This document shows positions 26,919 to 36,250 of a DNA stretch of 64,000 bases, in pieces (the first letter of the stretch is position 1; every line of letters starts with the position of its first letter). Below the pieces are notes generated by a model, which saw nothing but the letters and a program-made list of their open reading frames with translations, was not told the origin of the DNA and ran no database searches. Source of the DNA: Escherichia phage p000y; sequence record MK047718.1; one strand, written 5' to 3'. The translations under genes were made by a program, and so were the position numbers.

Positions 26919-26969
26919 GGCACTATTACACATAAGATGATAGATTATATGGTCTTTAGTAATAGTGCC
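26919..26969 (+). repeat. 11-bp perfect inverted repeat GGCACTATTAC / GTAATAGTGCC with a 29-nt spacer
   Basis: Read directly; lies between the glycosyltransferase gene and the rIIA.1-like ORF. Confidence 0.5.
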
Positions 26970-26994
26970 CTAGGAATCTACTGAAGAGAATATT

Positions 26995-27195
26995 ATGAGA
27001 ACATATAACGTGGACTTGGAACTTTTTGATAAAGCAGTGCTCCGGGAATTCCGGCTTATCCAAAGATTTTTTGATATTGAGTCAGCAGAGTCCTTTAAAG
27101 AACGCTTTAAAGAAATTCGATATAAAATACAAACTGATACAGCTACTAAAGAAGAACTTCTCGAAGTGGCAGAAATTTTTAAACGTAACTTGTGA
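26995..27195 (+). CDS. Hypothetical protein (66 aa), rIIA.1 position
   Basis: RBS GAAGAGAA; immediately upstream of rIIA. Confidence 0.4.
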   Translation: MRTYNVDLELFDKAVLREFRLIQRFFDIESAESFKERFKEIRYKIQTDTATKEELLEVAEIFKRNL

Positions 27196-27207
27196 TGAGA
27201 GAAAAAT

Positions 27208-29421
27208 ATGATTATTGAAACGGCTAAAGAAACAATTATTGGTTCAGGCGGTAAGAGCACAGCATTTACTATTCAAGGCAATAGCAAAGTTTATAAGATT
27301 TTGTCTAATGACCTTTATACAAACAAAGAATTGGCTTGTGTACGTGAATTAATCACAAACTGTATCGATGGACAAATTCTTAATGGTTGCACCGACAAGT
27401 TTATTGTTCAGGCTCCAGGTCGTTTAGACCCACGTTTTGTAGTTCGAGACTTTGGTCCTGGTATGAGTGATTTCACCATTCGAGGTAATGATGAAGAGCC
27501 AGGAATCTATAACTCATATTTTGCTTCAACTAAAACATCGAGTAACGATTTCATTGGTGGTTTCGGTCTCGGTTCTAAAGCTCCATTAGCATATACTGAT
27601 ACGTTTAACCTTACGTCTTATCACAACGGTGAAGTTCGTGGTTACGTAATTTACCAAGATGACACGGGTCCACAAATTAAGCCAACCTTTGTAGATAAGA
27701 TGGGCCCTGATGACAGTACGGGTGTAGAAGTAGTTGTACCGGTTAACCCAGAAGATTTTGAAAAGTTCGCATCCGAAATTGCTTATGTTATGCGTCCTCT
27801 CGGCGATATTGCAGAAGTTCGTGGTGTTAAAGATATTAAATACTTTCCTGAATTTGACGATGTATATTTGGCCAAGGAAGCTCCATGGGGTGAACGTGGT
27901 AATATCATGGCTGTTTATGGTGGTATTGTATATCCAATCGGAAGTGTTATTAAAGAACAAACATGGATGATGACACGATGCACTACAGCTTATATTAAAT
28001 TCCCTATGGGTGAACTAGATGTAGCCCCGTCTCGTGAAGCATTGTCATTTGATAAACGTACAGTAGCAAATATCCATAAACGCGTTGCAGAAATCGATGC
28101 AAAATTATTTGCTGAAGATTCTAAGAAATGGATTGATTGTGAATATCCACGTCATGTATTCCGTGAAATCGATTCTCTTGGTTACTCTGCTCGTAAATAT
28201 ATGGAAAAGGCCGGGTCTAATATTGAATCACTGAAATACTCTAAAGAACAACTAACTTATTCTGAGTTGTACAAACGTTTTAAAATGGGGCCTGAGTGGT
28301 GTAATCTTGGTGTCGTATACGATATCGTTGAATCCCCTCGTCTTCGTCGTATTCGTGAAAGCGGTAGCTCAACGGCAACCATTTCAATTAACAGTCTGAT
28401 TGGCATTAACATTAAAAACGTTGAAATTGTTATTGACGACGTTAAGGGACGCGTTCCATTAATGCGAGCTCTTAATTCAATTGAAATGTCTAAAGACGAG
28501 GTTAAATTAACCGGTAAAGTTCCACGCGGTTTTGGTAAAAGCGTACTATTCGTTGACCCTACAGACGAAGATGCAATGAAACTTCTGGAACGCCTTAAAG
28601 TTATCTTTGATGGCGACAACATTAACATGTACAAGACTTCAGAGCTTTTACAAATCGTTAAGCCATGGATTGAAGTCAAGACTCGTTCTAATGGGCCTCG
28701 TCCTAAATCCCCAAGTGCTCATCGGTTCTTTAAGAATGAAAACGATGTTTGGGTATCAGAAGACCTCTTTATTCCGGCAAGTGAAGCAGATGAAATCCAA
28801 GGTTATGCTATAGTTCGTAATCGTTCTAATGCTGAATGTCTTGACTCAGATAAAGGTTGGTTGAACTATGACTCCAATTTCTTGACCCGTATTGCTGATT
28901 TGTCAGGTATTAAAGAGTTCACTGTAGTTCGTCCACAGATTGCTAAGAAAGTTCGTAAACTTGGTGAAGTAGAATGCTTGTTCGAAAAATCAATTAATGA
29001 CTATATTACGCTAATCGATAAAGTAGATTATGATGAGTATGTATCACCAAGTCGTAGAGCACAGCCCTATCTAAACCATATTACTCGTAATGAAGAGCTT
29101 AACTTCCTTAGTAAGTATTTTAGCTCTAAGAACAAAGAAATCAGTAAAGACTTTGCAAAACTCTCCACAGTAAATAATCGCTGGGGATGGAATCGATTCG
29201 CAGGTGCTACTAATACAGACCTGAATAAGAAGTTAGAATTGTGTGCTAAAATTTTCGATAAGCTTAAAGATAATGCTTACGATAATGATGATAAAATGGT
29301 TATTGAATTCGAAACCAATTATCATATTGTGTCAGACTACATGGGACGACGTGGTACTCTTTCCAAAGAACAGGTCGCTCAAATCGTTAAATTCATGAAG
29401 GCCGTGGAAGCGGCCAAATAA
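27208..29421 (+). CDS. rIIA: rIIA (membrane-associated lysis inhibition / exclusion protein with a GHKL-like N-terminal domain)
   Basis: 737 aa; N-terminal ATPase-like motifs (ELITNCIDG, GGFGLGSK); size and position match T4 rIIA. Confidence 0.85.
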   Translation: MIIETAKETIIGSGGKSTAFTIQGNSKVYKILSNDLYTNKELACVRELITNCIDGQILNGCTDKFIVQAPGRLDPRFVVRDFGPGMSDFTIRGNDEEPGIYNSYFASTKTSSNDFIGGFGLGSKAPLAYTDTFNLTSYHNGEVRGYVIYQDDTGPQIKPTFVDKMGPDDSTGVEVVVPVNPEDFEKFASEIAYVMRPLGDIAEVRGVKDIKYFPEFDDVYLAKEAPWGERGNIMAVYGGIVYPIGSVIKEQTWMMTRCTTAYIKFPMGELDVAPSREALSFDKRTVANIHKRVAEIDAKLFAEDSKKWIDCEYPRHVFREIDSLGYSARKYMEKAGSNIESLKYSKEQLTYSELYKRFKMGPEWCNLGVVYDIVESPRLRRIRESGSSTATISINSLIGINIKNVEIVIDDVKGRVPLMRALNSIEMSKDEVKLTGKVPRGFGKSVLFVDPTDEDAMKLLERLKVIFDGDNINMYKTSELLQIVKPWIEVKTRSNGPRPKSPSAHRFFKNENDVWVSEDLFIPASEADEIQGYAIVRNRSNAECLDSDKGWLNYDSNFLTRIADLSGIKEFTVVRPQIAKKVRKLGEVECLFEKSINDYITLIDKVDYDEYVSPSRRAQPYLNHITRNEELNFLSKYFSSKNKEISKDFAKLSTVNNRWGWNRFAGATNTDLNKKLELCAKIFDKLKDNAYDNDDKMVIEFETNYHIVSDYMGRRGTLSKEQVAQIVKFMKAVEAAK

Positions 29422-29430
29422 GGAAACATT

Positions 29431-30357
29431 ATGTACAATATCAAATGCTTGTCCCAAGAAGAACAGTTAGAAGCTTACAGACTGGTTGAATCAGGTCAAT
29501 GGACCCGTCGGGAAATTGCTGATTACTTCGACATTTCAACAGATACTCTTCGTAAGATTGTTAAGAATTTTAAAGCCGAAGATGAGACTTCGAAAGTTGA
29601 AGAAGTTCCAGAAAATGATGAACCTATTATCGGCGGCCATCGTCCTGAAATCGTATGGAACGCGTCATCTAAATTTATTTCAATTATTGAAGGACGCGTA
29701 GCATATAATGCGACTCCATCAAGTCATGCAAATTTTGAAGAAATTAAAGCTAATCTGGTCGCAGGAAACCTTAGTAAAGCTGTCGAACTTATTAACATCA
29801 AGAAAGCTATTAGTAAGTTTGTTGACGGTAATGTTGTTATTGAAGGTGGTAGTTTATTTTATCAAGGTATAGAGATTCGTTCAGGGCTGGTTAACCGTAT
29901 TATTGATTCCATGGAAAAAGGCGAAGACTTTAAATTCTATCTGCCATTCCTTGAAAACCTGTTAGAAAACCCAAGTGAAAAAGCTGTACAACGTTTATTC
30001 GACTTCTTGGTTGCAAACGATATTGAAATCACTGAAGATGGTCATTTCTATGCGTGGAAAGTAGTTCGTAAGGACTATTTAGACTGCTATAGTGGTACAT
30101 TCGATAACTCACCAGGTAAAGTTGTTTCAATGCCTCGTACTCGTGTTAACGATGATGATACTCAAACCTGCTCCCGTGGTCTACATGTTTGTGCTAAATC
30201 TTATATTCGCCACTTTGGTTCAAGCTCAGATAAAGTTGTTAAGGTTAAAGTTCATCCACGTGATGTTGTATCTATCCCAGTTGACTACGGCGATGCTAAG
30301 ATGCGTACTTGTCGTTACGAAGTAATTTCAGACGTTACTGAATTATTTGCAGAATAA
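29431..30357 (+). CDS. rIIB: rIIB
   Basis: 308 aa; MYNIKCL...WNASSKFISI...SLFYQGIEIRSGLV...FYLPFLENLLENPS...KVVSMPRT...CSRGLHVC matches T4 rIIB as recalled. Confidence 0.85.
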   Translation: MYNIKCLSQEEQLEAYRLVESGQWTRREIADYFDISTDTLRKIVKNFKAEDETSKVEEVPENDEPIIGGHRPEIVWNASSKFISIIEGRVAYNATPSSHANFEEIKANLVAGNLSKAVELINIKKAISKFVDGNVVIEGGSLFYQGIEIRSGLVNRIIDSMEKGEDFKFYLPFLENLLENPSEKAVQRLFDFLVANDIEITEDGHFYAWKVVRKDYLDCYSGTFDNSPGKVVSMPRTRVNDDDTQTCSRGLHVCAKSYIRHFGSSSDKVVKVKVHPRDVVSIPVDYGDAKMRTCRYEVISDVTELFAE

Positions 30358-30362
30358 TAATT

Positions 30363-30384
30363 GGGGACTTCGGTCCCCTTTTTT
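30363..30384 (+). terminator. Intrinsic terminator after rIIB
   Basis: GGGGAC-TTCG-GTCCCC followed by T6. Confidence 0.75.
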
Positions 30385-30398
30385 CTTTAGGGGTAATT

Positions 30399-30686
30399 AT
30401 GATTCATCCATTTGACGTATCAGAATCCAAAATTGCTAATCTTCGTGGTCATCATAAGTGTAAATCGGTTTATTGTGCTAAATTGGTAAAACACCCAGGT
30501 GATGCACACTATGGCTGGTTAGAATGCGACGAAGTTGTTAATGAAATTCCACCTGTAGATGCTGAATATCTTGAAGAAGGTGACCGCATTTATTTTGGCG
30601 AACTACACATCAGAGGTATCTATGGTAAAGACGAACTTGGGATTGTTGAGACTGAAGAGTCTTCCGACATTTATTCTGTCGAATGA
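30399..30686 (+). CDS. Hypothetical Cys/His-rich protein (95 aa)
   Basis: AGGGG RBS; HHKCKSVYCAKLVKHPGDAHYGWLEC. Confidence 0.45.
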   Translation: MIHPFDVSESKIANLRGHHKCKSVYCAKLVKHPGDAHYGWLECDEVVNEIPPVDAEYLEEGDRIYFGELHIRGIYGKDELGIVETEESSDIYSVE

Positions 30687-30702
30687 GTTTTTGACTAGTG
30701 AA

Positions 30703-31179
30703 ATGAAGGTGAAGATTGCTGACACTGCTCGATATTCGTTGAGCCAAAATCCAGGTCAAATAAAAGAAGACGTTGTTCGACGTTGTAAGGTTGCAGTCTT
30801 TGCAGAGTATGTAGTAGCAAATTGGCTAGACGGATATGTTAATAAAGGTAATGAAGACGTAGAAGACCCGTACACGTATGCATGGGACGTTTTAGCTCAT
30901 CCTAAGTACTGTGGTCTACGCGTAGAAGTAAAGACCCATCAGATGGATTCGAAATGGATTTCGGTTACCACAGGATACGGTGGTGATTATCCGGGTGGTA
31001 ATGGAATCAATATAGGGCCCTTCTTGAATCATCGAGTCGCAGATTGTATTATTATATTAGATGTCAAAGAAACCTCACCTGACGTCTTCTCTTATTCTAT
31101 AAAGTTCGTGGGAGACCATGAAGACCTAAAGAAAATCGTCCGTAAGAGCAACTACAACGGATGGTATCTTCATCTTTAA
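30703..31179 (+). CDS. Hypothetical protein (about 159 aa), possible PD-(D/E)xK-like nuclease in the denB position
   Basis: ATG 30703 placed 16 nt after the previous stop; WDV...RVEVK is a possible D...ExK motif. The track start 30559 would overlap the previous gene. Confidence 0.35.
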   Translation: MKVKIADTARYSLSQNPGQIKEDVVRRCKVAVFAEYVVANWLDGYVNKGNEDVEDPYTYAWDVLAHPKYCGLRVEVKTHQMDSKWISVTTGYGGDYPGGNGINIGPFLNHRVADCIIILDVKETSPDVFSYSIKFVGDHEDLKKIVRKSNYNGWYLHL

Positions 31180-31191
31180 TTTCATAAAAGT

Positions 31192-31221
31192 GTTTACAAC
31201 TAAGTAGGACTATGATATAGT
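31192..31221 (+). promoter_or_regulatory. T4-type early promoter with inverted repeat GGACTA/TAGTCC
   Basis: GTTTAC...taggactatgatatagtagtcctatc. Confidence 0.55.
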
Positions 31222-31247
31222 AGTCCTATCTAAAAGAGGATAACATC

Positions 31248-31511
31248 ATGAAATTTAAATTTTTCTACGCAAAACATAAAGTAACAGGCGAATTTGTTTC
31301 AATGTACAACACTGCAGATGACGAAGGGATGATTTATACCCATTTGGGTCTATCTCATTGGGACTCAGACGTGCCTTATATGTCATCTGAAGCCGAAATA
31401 ACTCGTTTAGTTAACGGACATATGAACGACCATTTTAGTGTTATTCTTTCTAAAGACCTTAAAGAGGTTATCAACAAAGGATATATGGAACTTGCGGAAG
31501 TTGAGATATGA
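31248..31511 (+). CDS. Hypothetical protein (87 aa)
   Basis: Early promoter 31192-31221 plus AGAGGA RBS. Confidence 0.45.
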   Translation: MKFKFFYAKHKVTGEFVSMYNTADDEGMIYTHLGLSHWDSDVPYMSSEAEITRLVNGHMNDHFSVILSKDLKEVINKGYMELAEVEI

Positions 31512-31700
31512 GCTCTAAAATGTGGATCGGAATATGGTTGCTTAGTATCCCTATGATTTGTATAATATTTTCAATTGCATTGAGGTACTTATGAAAAATG
31601 CACTTATTGTATTAAGAACAATTTGTGATACGGGTTTTTACATTGCATGTTCGTTCACTGGAACATGGTTGGCTTTAACATATTTTAATGTAATTTAATT

Positions 31701-31730
31701 GTTTACAACAAGGTAGGATTATGGTATAGT
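31701..31730 (+). promoter_or_regulatory. T4-type early promoter with inverted repeat GTAGGA/TCCTAC
   Basis: GTTTAC...gtaggattatggtatagtagtcctac. Confidence 0.55.
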
Positions 31731-31758
31731 AGTCCTACTGAAACATGAGGAACACAAA

Positions 31759-31959
31759 ATGGCTAAGCTTTTTAAAGATGTTGAAATTGGTGAAAAATTT
31801 GTTCTGAATAACGGTCAGCAGCTTATTCGTGTAGCTTCTATCGCCGGACAAACTCATAACTGTATCGCCCCAACGTGTTGGACTCGATTCTTTATTGAAG
31901 ATGACACTGAATGTTTAACTGTTGAAGAGCTTTTTGAACGTTCCGATATAGCCGAATAA
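31759..31959 (+). CDS. Hypothetical protein (66 aa)
   Basis: Early promoter 31701-31730 plus GAGGAA RBS. Confidence 0.45.
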   Translation: MAKLFKDVEIGEKFVLNNGQQLIRVASIAGQTHNCIAPTCWTRFFIEDDTECLTVEELFERSDIAE

Positions 31960-31961
31960 AA

Positions 31962-31991
31962 TTGTACAAACTCTTGAGAGCAGAGTATAAT
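31962..31991 (+). promoter_or_regulatory. T4-type early promoter with inverted repeat GAGAGCA/TGCTCTC spanning the -10 TATAAT
   Basis: TTGTAC...gagagcagagTATAATgctctc; upstream of ndd. Confidence 0.55.
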
Positions 31992-32035
31992 GCTCTCATG
32001 GATTACAAAAACATTAATCAATTGAGGAAATTAGC

Positions 32036-32482
32036 ATGTCCAAATATTTAACTCGTAAAGACCTTCTGGCAGTTGGTGGTGAAGTTGTTGCCGTAGTTCG
32101 TAATGGCGAATACGGTTCTGAAGTTTCTAAAGAGTTTCGTTCTCGTGAAGGTTTTTACTTCTTTGTTAAAGGCTCATCCGATTGGCGACAAGTAGCAGCA
32201 CGATTCTTTGTAGGACGTCAACGTTCTAAACAAGGGTTGGATGCAATTCTTTCTCACATTCGTCAAGGCCGTTCGCAACTAGCCCGCACTATGGGCACTA
32301 ACAATATTGAATATGATGTAATCTTTGTTGCAGCTAAGAACATGAAACCACTGACCACTGGTTATGGTAAAGGTCAATTGGCTCTGGCATTCACTCGCAA
32401 CCATACATCAGAATATCAAACACTCACTGAAATGAACCGTCTTCTGGCAGATAATTTCAAATTCATTCTTCAGAGTTACTAA
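32036..32482 (+). CDS. ndd: Ndd nucleoid disruption protein
   Basis: [12 protein letters not shown]...[33 protein letters not shown]...[45 protein letters not shown] matches T4 Ndd as recalled. Confidence 0.85.
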   Translation: MSKYLTRKDLLAVGGEVVAVVRNGEYGSEVSKEFRSREGFYFFVKGSSDWRQVAARFFVGRQRSKQGLDAILSHIRQGRSQLARTMGTNNIEYDVIFVAAKNMKPLTTGYGKGQLALAFTRNHTSEYQTLTEMNRLLADNFKFILQSY

Positions 32483-32534
32483 TTTATACAGGCCTATTAA
32501 GTTGGGCCTTTAATTTATTTTTGAGGTAATTAAA

Positions 32535-32681
32535 ATGATAGCATGGATTATTGCATTGCTGTGTTGGACATTTTTATTCGTTAGCACTTTAGTTACAGGC
32601 GAAACAACAGTATTTCAACAGGCCATATCACAAGGTACCTTAGCGGTCTTAGCTCTTCTTAACGTGTTAAAAGGCGAGTAA
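32535..32681 (+). CDS. Small hydrophobic protein (48 aa), possibly ac-like; below the track cutoff
   Basis: GAGGT RBS; MIAWIIALLCWTFLFVSTLV... Confidence 0.3.
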   Translation: MIAWIIALLCWTFLFVSTLVTGETTVFQQAISQGTLAVLALLNVLKGE

Positions 32682-32821
32682 TGATTAAGAAAATCTTAGC
32701 AGGAGCCTTCGGGCTCTTGTTGTTGCTTACGGTTCTGTACTACGGTGTGATGTTTGGACTAATCCAAGTAGTGCTTTTCATTTCAGATGTTATAATGGAT
32801 ATTCGTTCATTAATATGGTGA
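32681..32821 (+). CDS. Small hydrophobic protein (46 aa); below the track cutoff
   Basis: TAATG overlap; MIKKILAGAFGLLLLLTVLYYGVMFGLIQVVLF. Confidence 0.3.
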   Translation: MIKKILAGAFGLLLLLTVLYYGVMFGLIQVVLFISDVIMDIRSLIW

Positions 32822-32825
32822 AAAT

Positions 32826-34151
32826 ATGCAATTGAATTCTCGTAATCTAAAAAGTATTATTGATAACGAAGCCTTAGCATATGCGATGTACACCGTTGAA
32901 AACCGTGCAATCCCAAACATGATTGATGGATTTAAGCCGGTTCAACGTTTTGTGGTCCATCGTGCGTTAGATTTGGCTCGTGGTAATAAAGAAAAATTTC
33001 ATAAACTTGCGTCAATTGCAGGCGGTGTTGCAGATTTAGGTTATCACCATGGTGAATCTTCTGCACAAGATGCAGGTGCATTGATGGCTAACACATGGAA
33101 CAACAACTATCCACTGTTAGATGGCCAAGGCAACTTTGGTTCTAGAACAGTCCAAAAAGCTGCAGCATCTCGTTATATTTTTGCTCGTGTAAGTAAAAAT
33201 TTCTATAACGTATATAAAGATACTGAATATGCTCCAGCTCATGAAGATAAAGAACACATTCCACCAAAATTCTATCTTCCTATTATTCCGACAGTTCTTT
33301 TGAATGGCGTCTCTGGTATTGCAACCGGTTACGCAACAAATATTCTGCCTCATAGTTTTAAATCGGTAAAAAAGGCTGTATTACAAGCTCTTCAAGGTAA
33401 AAATGTCACTAAGCCAAAAGTTGAATTCCCGGAATTCCGTGGTGAAGTACATGAAGTTGATGGGCGTTATGAGATTCACGGAACGTATAAGTTCACATCT
33501 CGCACTCAAATGCAGATAACTGAAATCCCATATAAATTCGACCGTGAAACGTATGTGAGTAAGGTTCTTGACCCGTTGGAAGACAAAGGTCTAATCTCAT
33601 GGGAAGATGATTGTGGTGAACACGGCTTTGGGTTTAAGGTGAAGTTCCGTAAAGAGTACTCGCTTCCTGATGATGAAGAGCTACGTCATGAAAAAATCAT
33701 GAAAGATTTTAGTCTCATCGAACGTCGTTCACAAAACATCACAGTGATTAATGAAAAGGGTAAATTAGCTGTCTACGATAACGTAGTGGACTTAATCAAA
33801 GATTTTGTTGAAGTCCGTAAGACTTACGTTCAGAAACGTATTGACAACAAAATCCTTGAATCTGAAAAAGCATTTAAACTGGCTTTTGCTAAGGCACACT
33901 TCATCAAAAAAGTTATCAACGGTGAAATTGTGATTCAGGGCAAGACTCGTAAAGCTTTGACTGAAGAGCTAGCACAAATAGAAATGTATAAAGAACATGT
34001 CGATAAACTGGTAGGTCTTAACATCTTCCATATCACTTCCGATGAAGCACGTAAACTAGCCGAAGAAGCTAAAGCTAAGAAAGAAGAAAATGAGTATTGG
34101 AAGTCTACTGATGTTGTGACAGAGTACACTAAAGACTTGGAGGCACTTTGA
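32826..34151 (+). CDS. 52: DNA topoisomerase II medium subunit (GyrA-like)
   Basis: 441 aa; N-terminal ENRAIPNMIDGFKPVQRF, typical of type IIA topoisomerase A subunits; position matches T4 gene 52. Confidence 0.9.
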   Translation: MQLNSRNLKSIIDNEALAYAMYTVENRAIPNMIDGFKPVQRFVVHRALDLARGNKEKFHKLASIAGGVADLGYHHGESSAQDAGALMANTWNNNYPLLDGQGNFGSRTVQKAAASRYIFARVSKNFYNVYKDTEYAPAHEDKEHIPPKFYLPIIPTVLLNGVSGIATGYATNILPHSFKSVKKAVLQALQGKNVTKPKVEFPEFRGEVHEVDGRYEIHGTYKFTSRTQMQITEIPYKFDRETYVSKVLDPLEDKGLISWEDDCGEHGFGFKVKFRKEYSLPDDEELRHEKIMKDFSLIERRSQNITVINEKGKLAVYDNVVDLIKDFVEVRKTYVQKRIDNKILESEKAFKLAFAKAHFIKKVINGEIVIQGKTRKALTEELAQIEMYKEHVDKLVGLNIFHITSDEARKLAEEAKAKKEENEYWKSTDVVTEYTKDLEAL

Positions 34152-34228
34152 GTGCCCTAGCCTTAGGATTTCTCGGTGCAATAGCTGCACTAGTGATTTG
34201 GCTGTATTGGTTGGACAAACATGATTAG

Positions 34229-34247
34229 GGAGCTTCGGCTCCTTTTT
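34229..34247 (+). terminator. Intrinsic terminator after gene 52
   Basis: GGAGC-TTCG-GCTCC followed by T5. Confidence 0.65.
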
Positions 34248-34268
34248 GTGCATTTTTCTCACAAAACA

Positions 34269-34298
34269 GTTTACACGTGCTTCAAACATGATATTATA
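34269..34298 (+). promoter_or_regulatory. T4-type early promoter upstream of motA
   Basis: GTTTAC, CACGTG palindrome in the spacer, A/T-rich -10. Confidence 0.45.
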
Positions 34299-34336
34299 AA
34301 CCTATCAAAACAAAACAACCGAATTGGAGAAATAAA

Positions 34337-34969
34337 ATGTCTAAAGTTACTTACATCATCAAAGCTTCTGAAAACGCTCTGAATGAAAAAACTGCTGCAA
34401 TAATGGTTTATATCATTAAGAACAACTTCACCACTGCTGCCAATGTCCGTGAAGCTCTGGAAGCAGAATACAATGCATCGGTTGTTAACTCTAACATTGG
34501 TGTATTGATTAAGAAAGGTTTGGTCGAAAAATCCGGTGATGGACTTGTAGCAACAGGCGAAGCAATGGATATTATCCAAAAAGCTGCAGACCTATTTGCT
34601 CAAGAAAATGCTCCAGAACTTCTTCAGAAACGTAACACCAGAAAAGCACGTGGAGTTACTCCTGAAATGCATGAATTAGCAAACTTTGTTTTTGAAAATA
34701 TTAAAGATAAAGTTGAAGTTAAAGAAATTGGTGAAAACCGTAGTAACTTAGAAGTTCGATTTGCAAAACGAGTTCTAGGTATTCGTCAGATCGAAATTCG
34801 TCGAGATGGCGCTCTTAGAATCTTTGCATACAACATGTCAGAAACTGAATCAAAGCTGTTTACTTCTCTTGAAAATGATGTTAAGATTAAGATCGGTGGT
34901 AAATATACTTACATTGACTTCCCTAATGTGTCCAAAGAAATCATTACCCTTGTAACTAACGTACTGTGA
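34337..34969 (+). CDS. motA: MotA middle-transcription activator
   Basis: MSKVTYIIKAS...VVNSNIGVLIKKGLVEKSGDGL...QENAPELL matches T4 MotA as recalled; 210 aa. Confidence 0.9.
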   Translation: MSKVTYIIKASENALNEKTAAIMVYIIKNNFTTAANVREALEAEYNASVVNSNIGVLIKKGLVEKSGDGLVATGEAMDIIQKAADLFAQENAPELLQKRNTRKARGVTPEMHELANFVFENIKDKVEVKEIGENRSNLEVRFAKRVLGIRQIEIRRDGALRIFAYNMSETESKLFTSLENDVKIKIGGKYTYIDFPNVSKEIITLVTNVL

Positions 34970-34979
34970 GGAATACATA

Positions 34980-35309
34980 ATGAATAAGCTGAATATTATT
35001 AACGAACTTCGTAAATGTGCAGAACCTACTCAGGAAGGATGGGATATTTGGTACCACGGGGCTTATTTAGGGACAATTGTAAAGATTAAAGCAGGCCAAT
35101 ATACGGTTATTCGTGAAAATAATGACGCGCCATTTGGCCTTCGTAAAAACTACATGGCAGCGATCAGTTCATTTGTTGATGCAGCTTACGAAATCTATAA
35201 AGAAGATTATAAAGAATATCAGCAGTCACAACCGGTTATTCGTTCAATTGGTGTTAACAAAGCTCAGCAGAAAACTTTGTGGCAACGTATTAAAGGATGG
35301 TTTAAATGA
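34980..35309 (+). CDS. Hypothetical protein (109 aa)
   Basis: ORF in the motA-asiA interval. Confidence 0.5.
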   Translation: MNKLNIINELRKCAEPTQEGWDIWYHGAYLGTIVKIKAGQYTVIRENNDAPFGLRKNYMAAISSFVDAAYEIYKEDYKEYQQSQPVIRSIGVNKAQQKTLWQRIKGWFK

Positions 35310-35767
35310 AAACTTTTAAAGAACGTTTAGCTCTGTTAGATAAAGCTTTGACGCGTGAGACTCCGGAAAGTCTGGCTGCTAAATTAGCTTCTTACGGTGG
35401 TGAATATACAGAACAAAATGTTTTAGATGAAGTTCCTGAAATCTGTTGGCAGACTCTGTATTGGGATGAAAACCAAAAGTATCAACGACGAATTGTCTGC
35501 GCAGCCAACCGTTTTAAATTAAAAGATGGACGAACTCTTATTATTCCAGGTGCTCGTCATTATTCTAAAGATATGGCAGAAGTTTTAGATGTAGTTAAAC
35601 CTCAATTAGTTACTCAACAAGTTTGTGATGATGACCAAGGGTTTATTGACCAGTATAGTAATTATTGGACACGTGAAGAAGCAATGATTATTGCAACTTA
35701 CGCTGGACAAGTACGTATTGAACGTGGTGGTAATGAAAAAGAACTTTACTCTGAGGACCTTTACTAA
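35306..35767 (+). CDS. Hypothetical protein (153 aa)
   Basis: ATGA overlap; contains IVCAANRF...PGARHYS...[16 protein letters not shown]. Confidence 0.5.
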   Translation: MKTFKERLALLDKALTRETPESLAAKLASYGGEYTEQNVLDEVPEICWQTLYWDENQKYQRRIVCAANRFKLKDGRTLIIPGARHYSKDMAEVLDVVKPQLVTQQVCDDDQGFIDQYSNYWTREEAMIIATYAGQVRIERGGNEKELYSEDLY

Positions 35768-36048
35768 TGAATCTTAAACAACTCCAGATTGATGCTATTG
35801 AAGCCCACATTAATCATATCAAACGCCTGAATGCTATGATGGAAGAAAATTATGGTATGTATGCTAATCAGCCTGGTTGGGATGCTTTAGACCATCCTTA
35901 TTTGGTTAATTTATGTAAAGGTGATACGTTAGCAATTATTCGTGATGGGTTAAAACCTTTCTTGCGCGACATGTATATTAAAATGAACGAAGAAATTATT
36001 AGCTCGTTGCAATATCAATTAAGGAAATTAGATGATGAGAATAATTGA
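35767..36048 (+). CDS. Hypothetical protein (93 aa), in the arn-region
   Basis: TAATG overlap; T4 has arn and arn.x genes in this interval. Confidence 0.45.
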   Translation: MNLKQLQIDAIEAHINHIKRLNAMMEENYGMYANQPGWDALDHPYLVNLCKGDTLAIIRDGLKPFLRDMYIKMNEEIISSLQYQLRKLDDENN

Positions 36049-36250
36049 TTCTAAAGCAGATTATTTTAATTCTGTTAATGATAAGAATAAAGCTTTAATT
36101 CGCCACTTTATTACTGAGATGGGTTATACTGACTCTAAAGATTTGAAAGAGCACATTATCGAATGTTCTGTGGCTAAAAAGTTTTCTTTCACAGACAAAT
36201 GTTTAAATGAGGTTATAAATCATTATGAACAATCTTGTAGCAAAACATGA
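36032..36250 (+). CDS. Hypothetical protein (72 aa)
   Basis: Overlapping, tightly packed ORF. Confidence 0.4.
   Translation: MMRIIDSKADYFNSVNDKNKALIRHFITEMGYTDSKDLKEHIIECSVAKKFSFTDKCLNEVINHYEQSCSKT

Noticed and set aside
30559-31179. 206-aa ORF from the track beginning at 30559
   Set aside because: Its first 48 codons overlap the preceding 95-aa gene in another frame; an in-frame ATG at 30703 lies 16 nt after that gene's stop. I used 30703 as the start.
31520-31698. Two very small hydrophobic ORFs (about 28 and 35 aa) between the 87-aa gene and the next early promoter
   Set aside because: Plausible micro-proteins, but too short to call from sequence alone; not listed as features.
34152-34228. 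Possible tiny hydrophobic ORF between the gene 52 stop and its terminator
   Set aside because: Only a non-ATG start is available and it is about 26 codons long; insufficient support.
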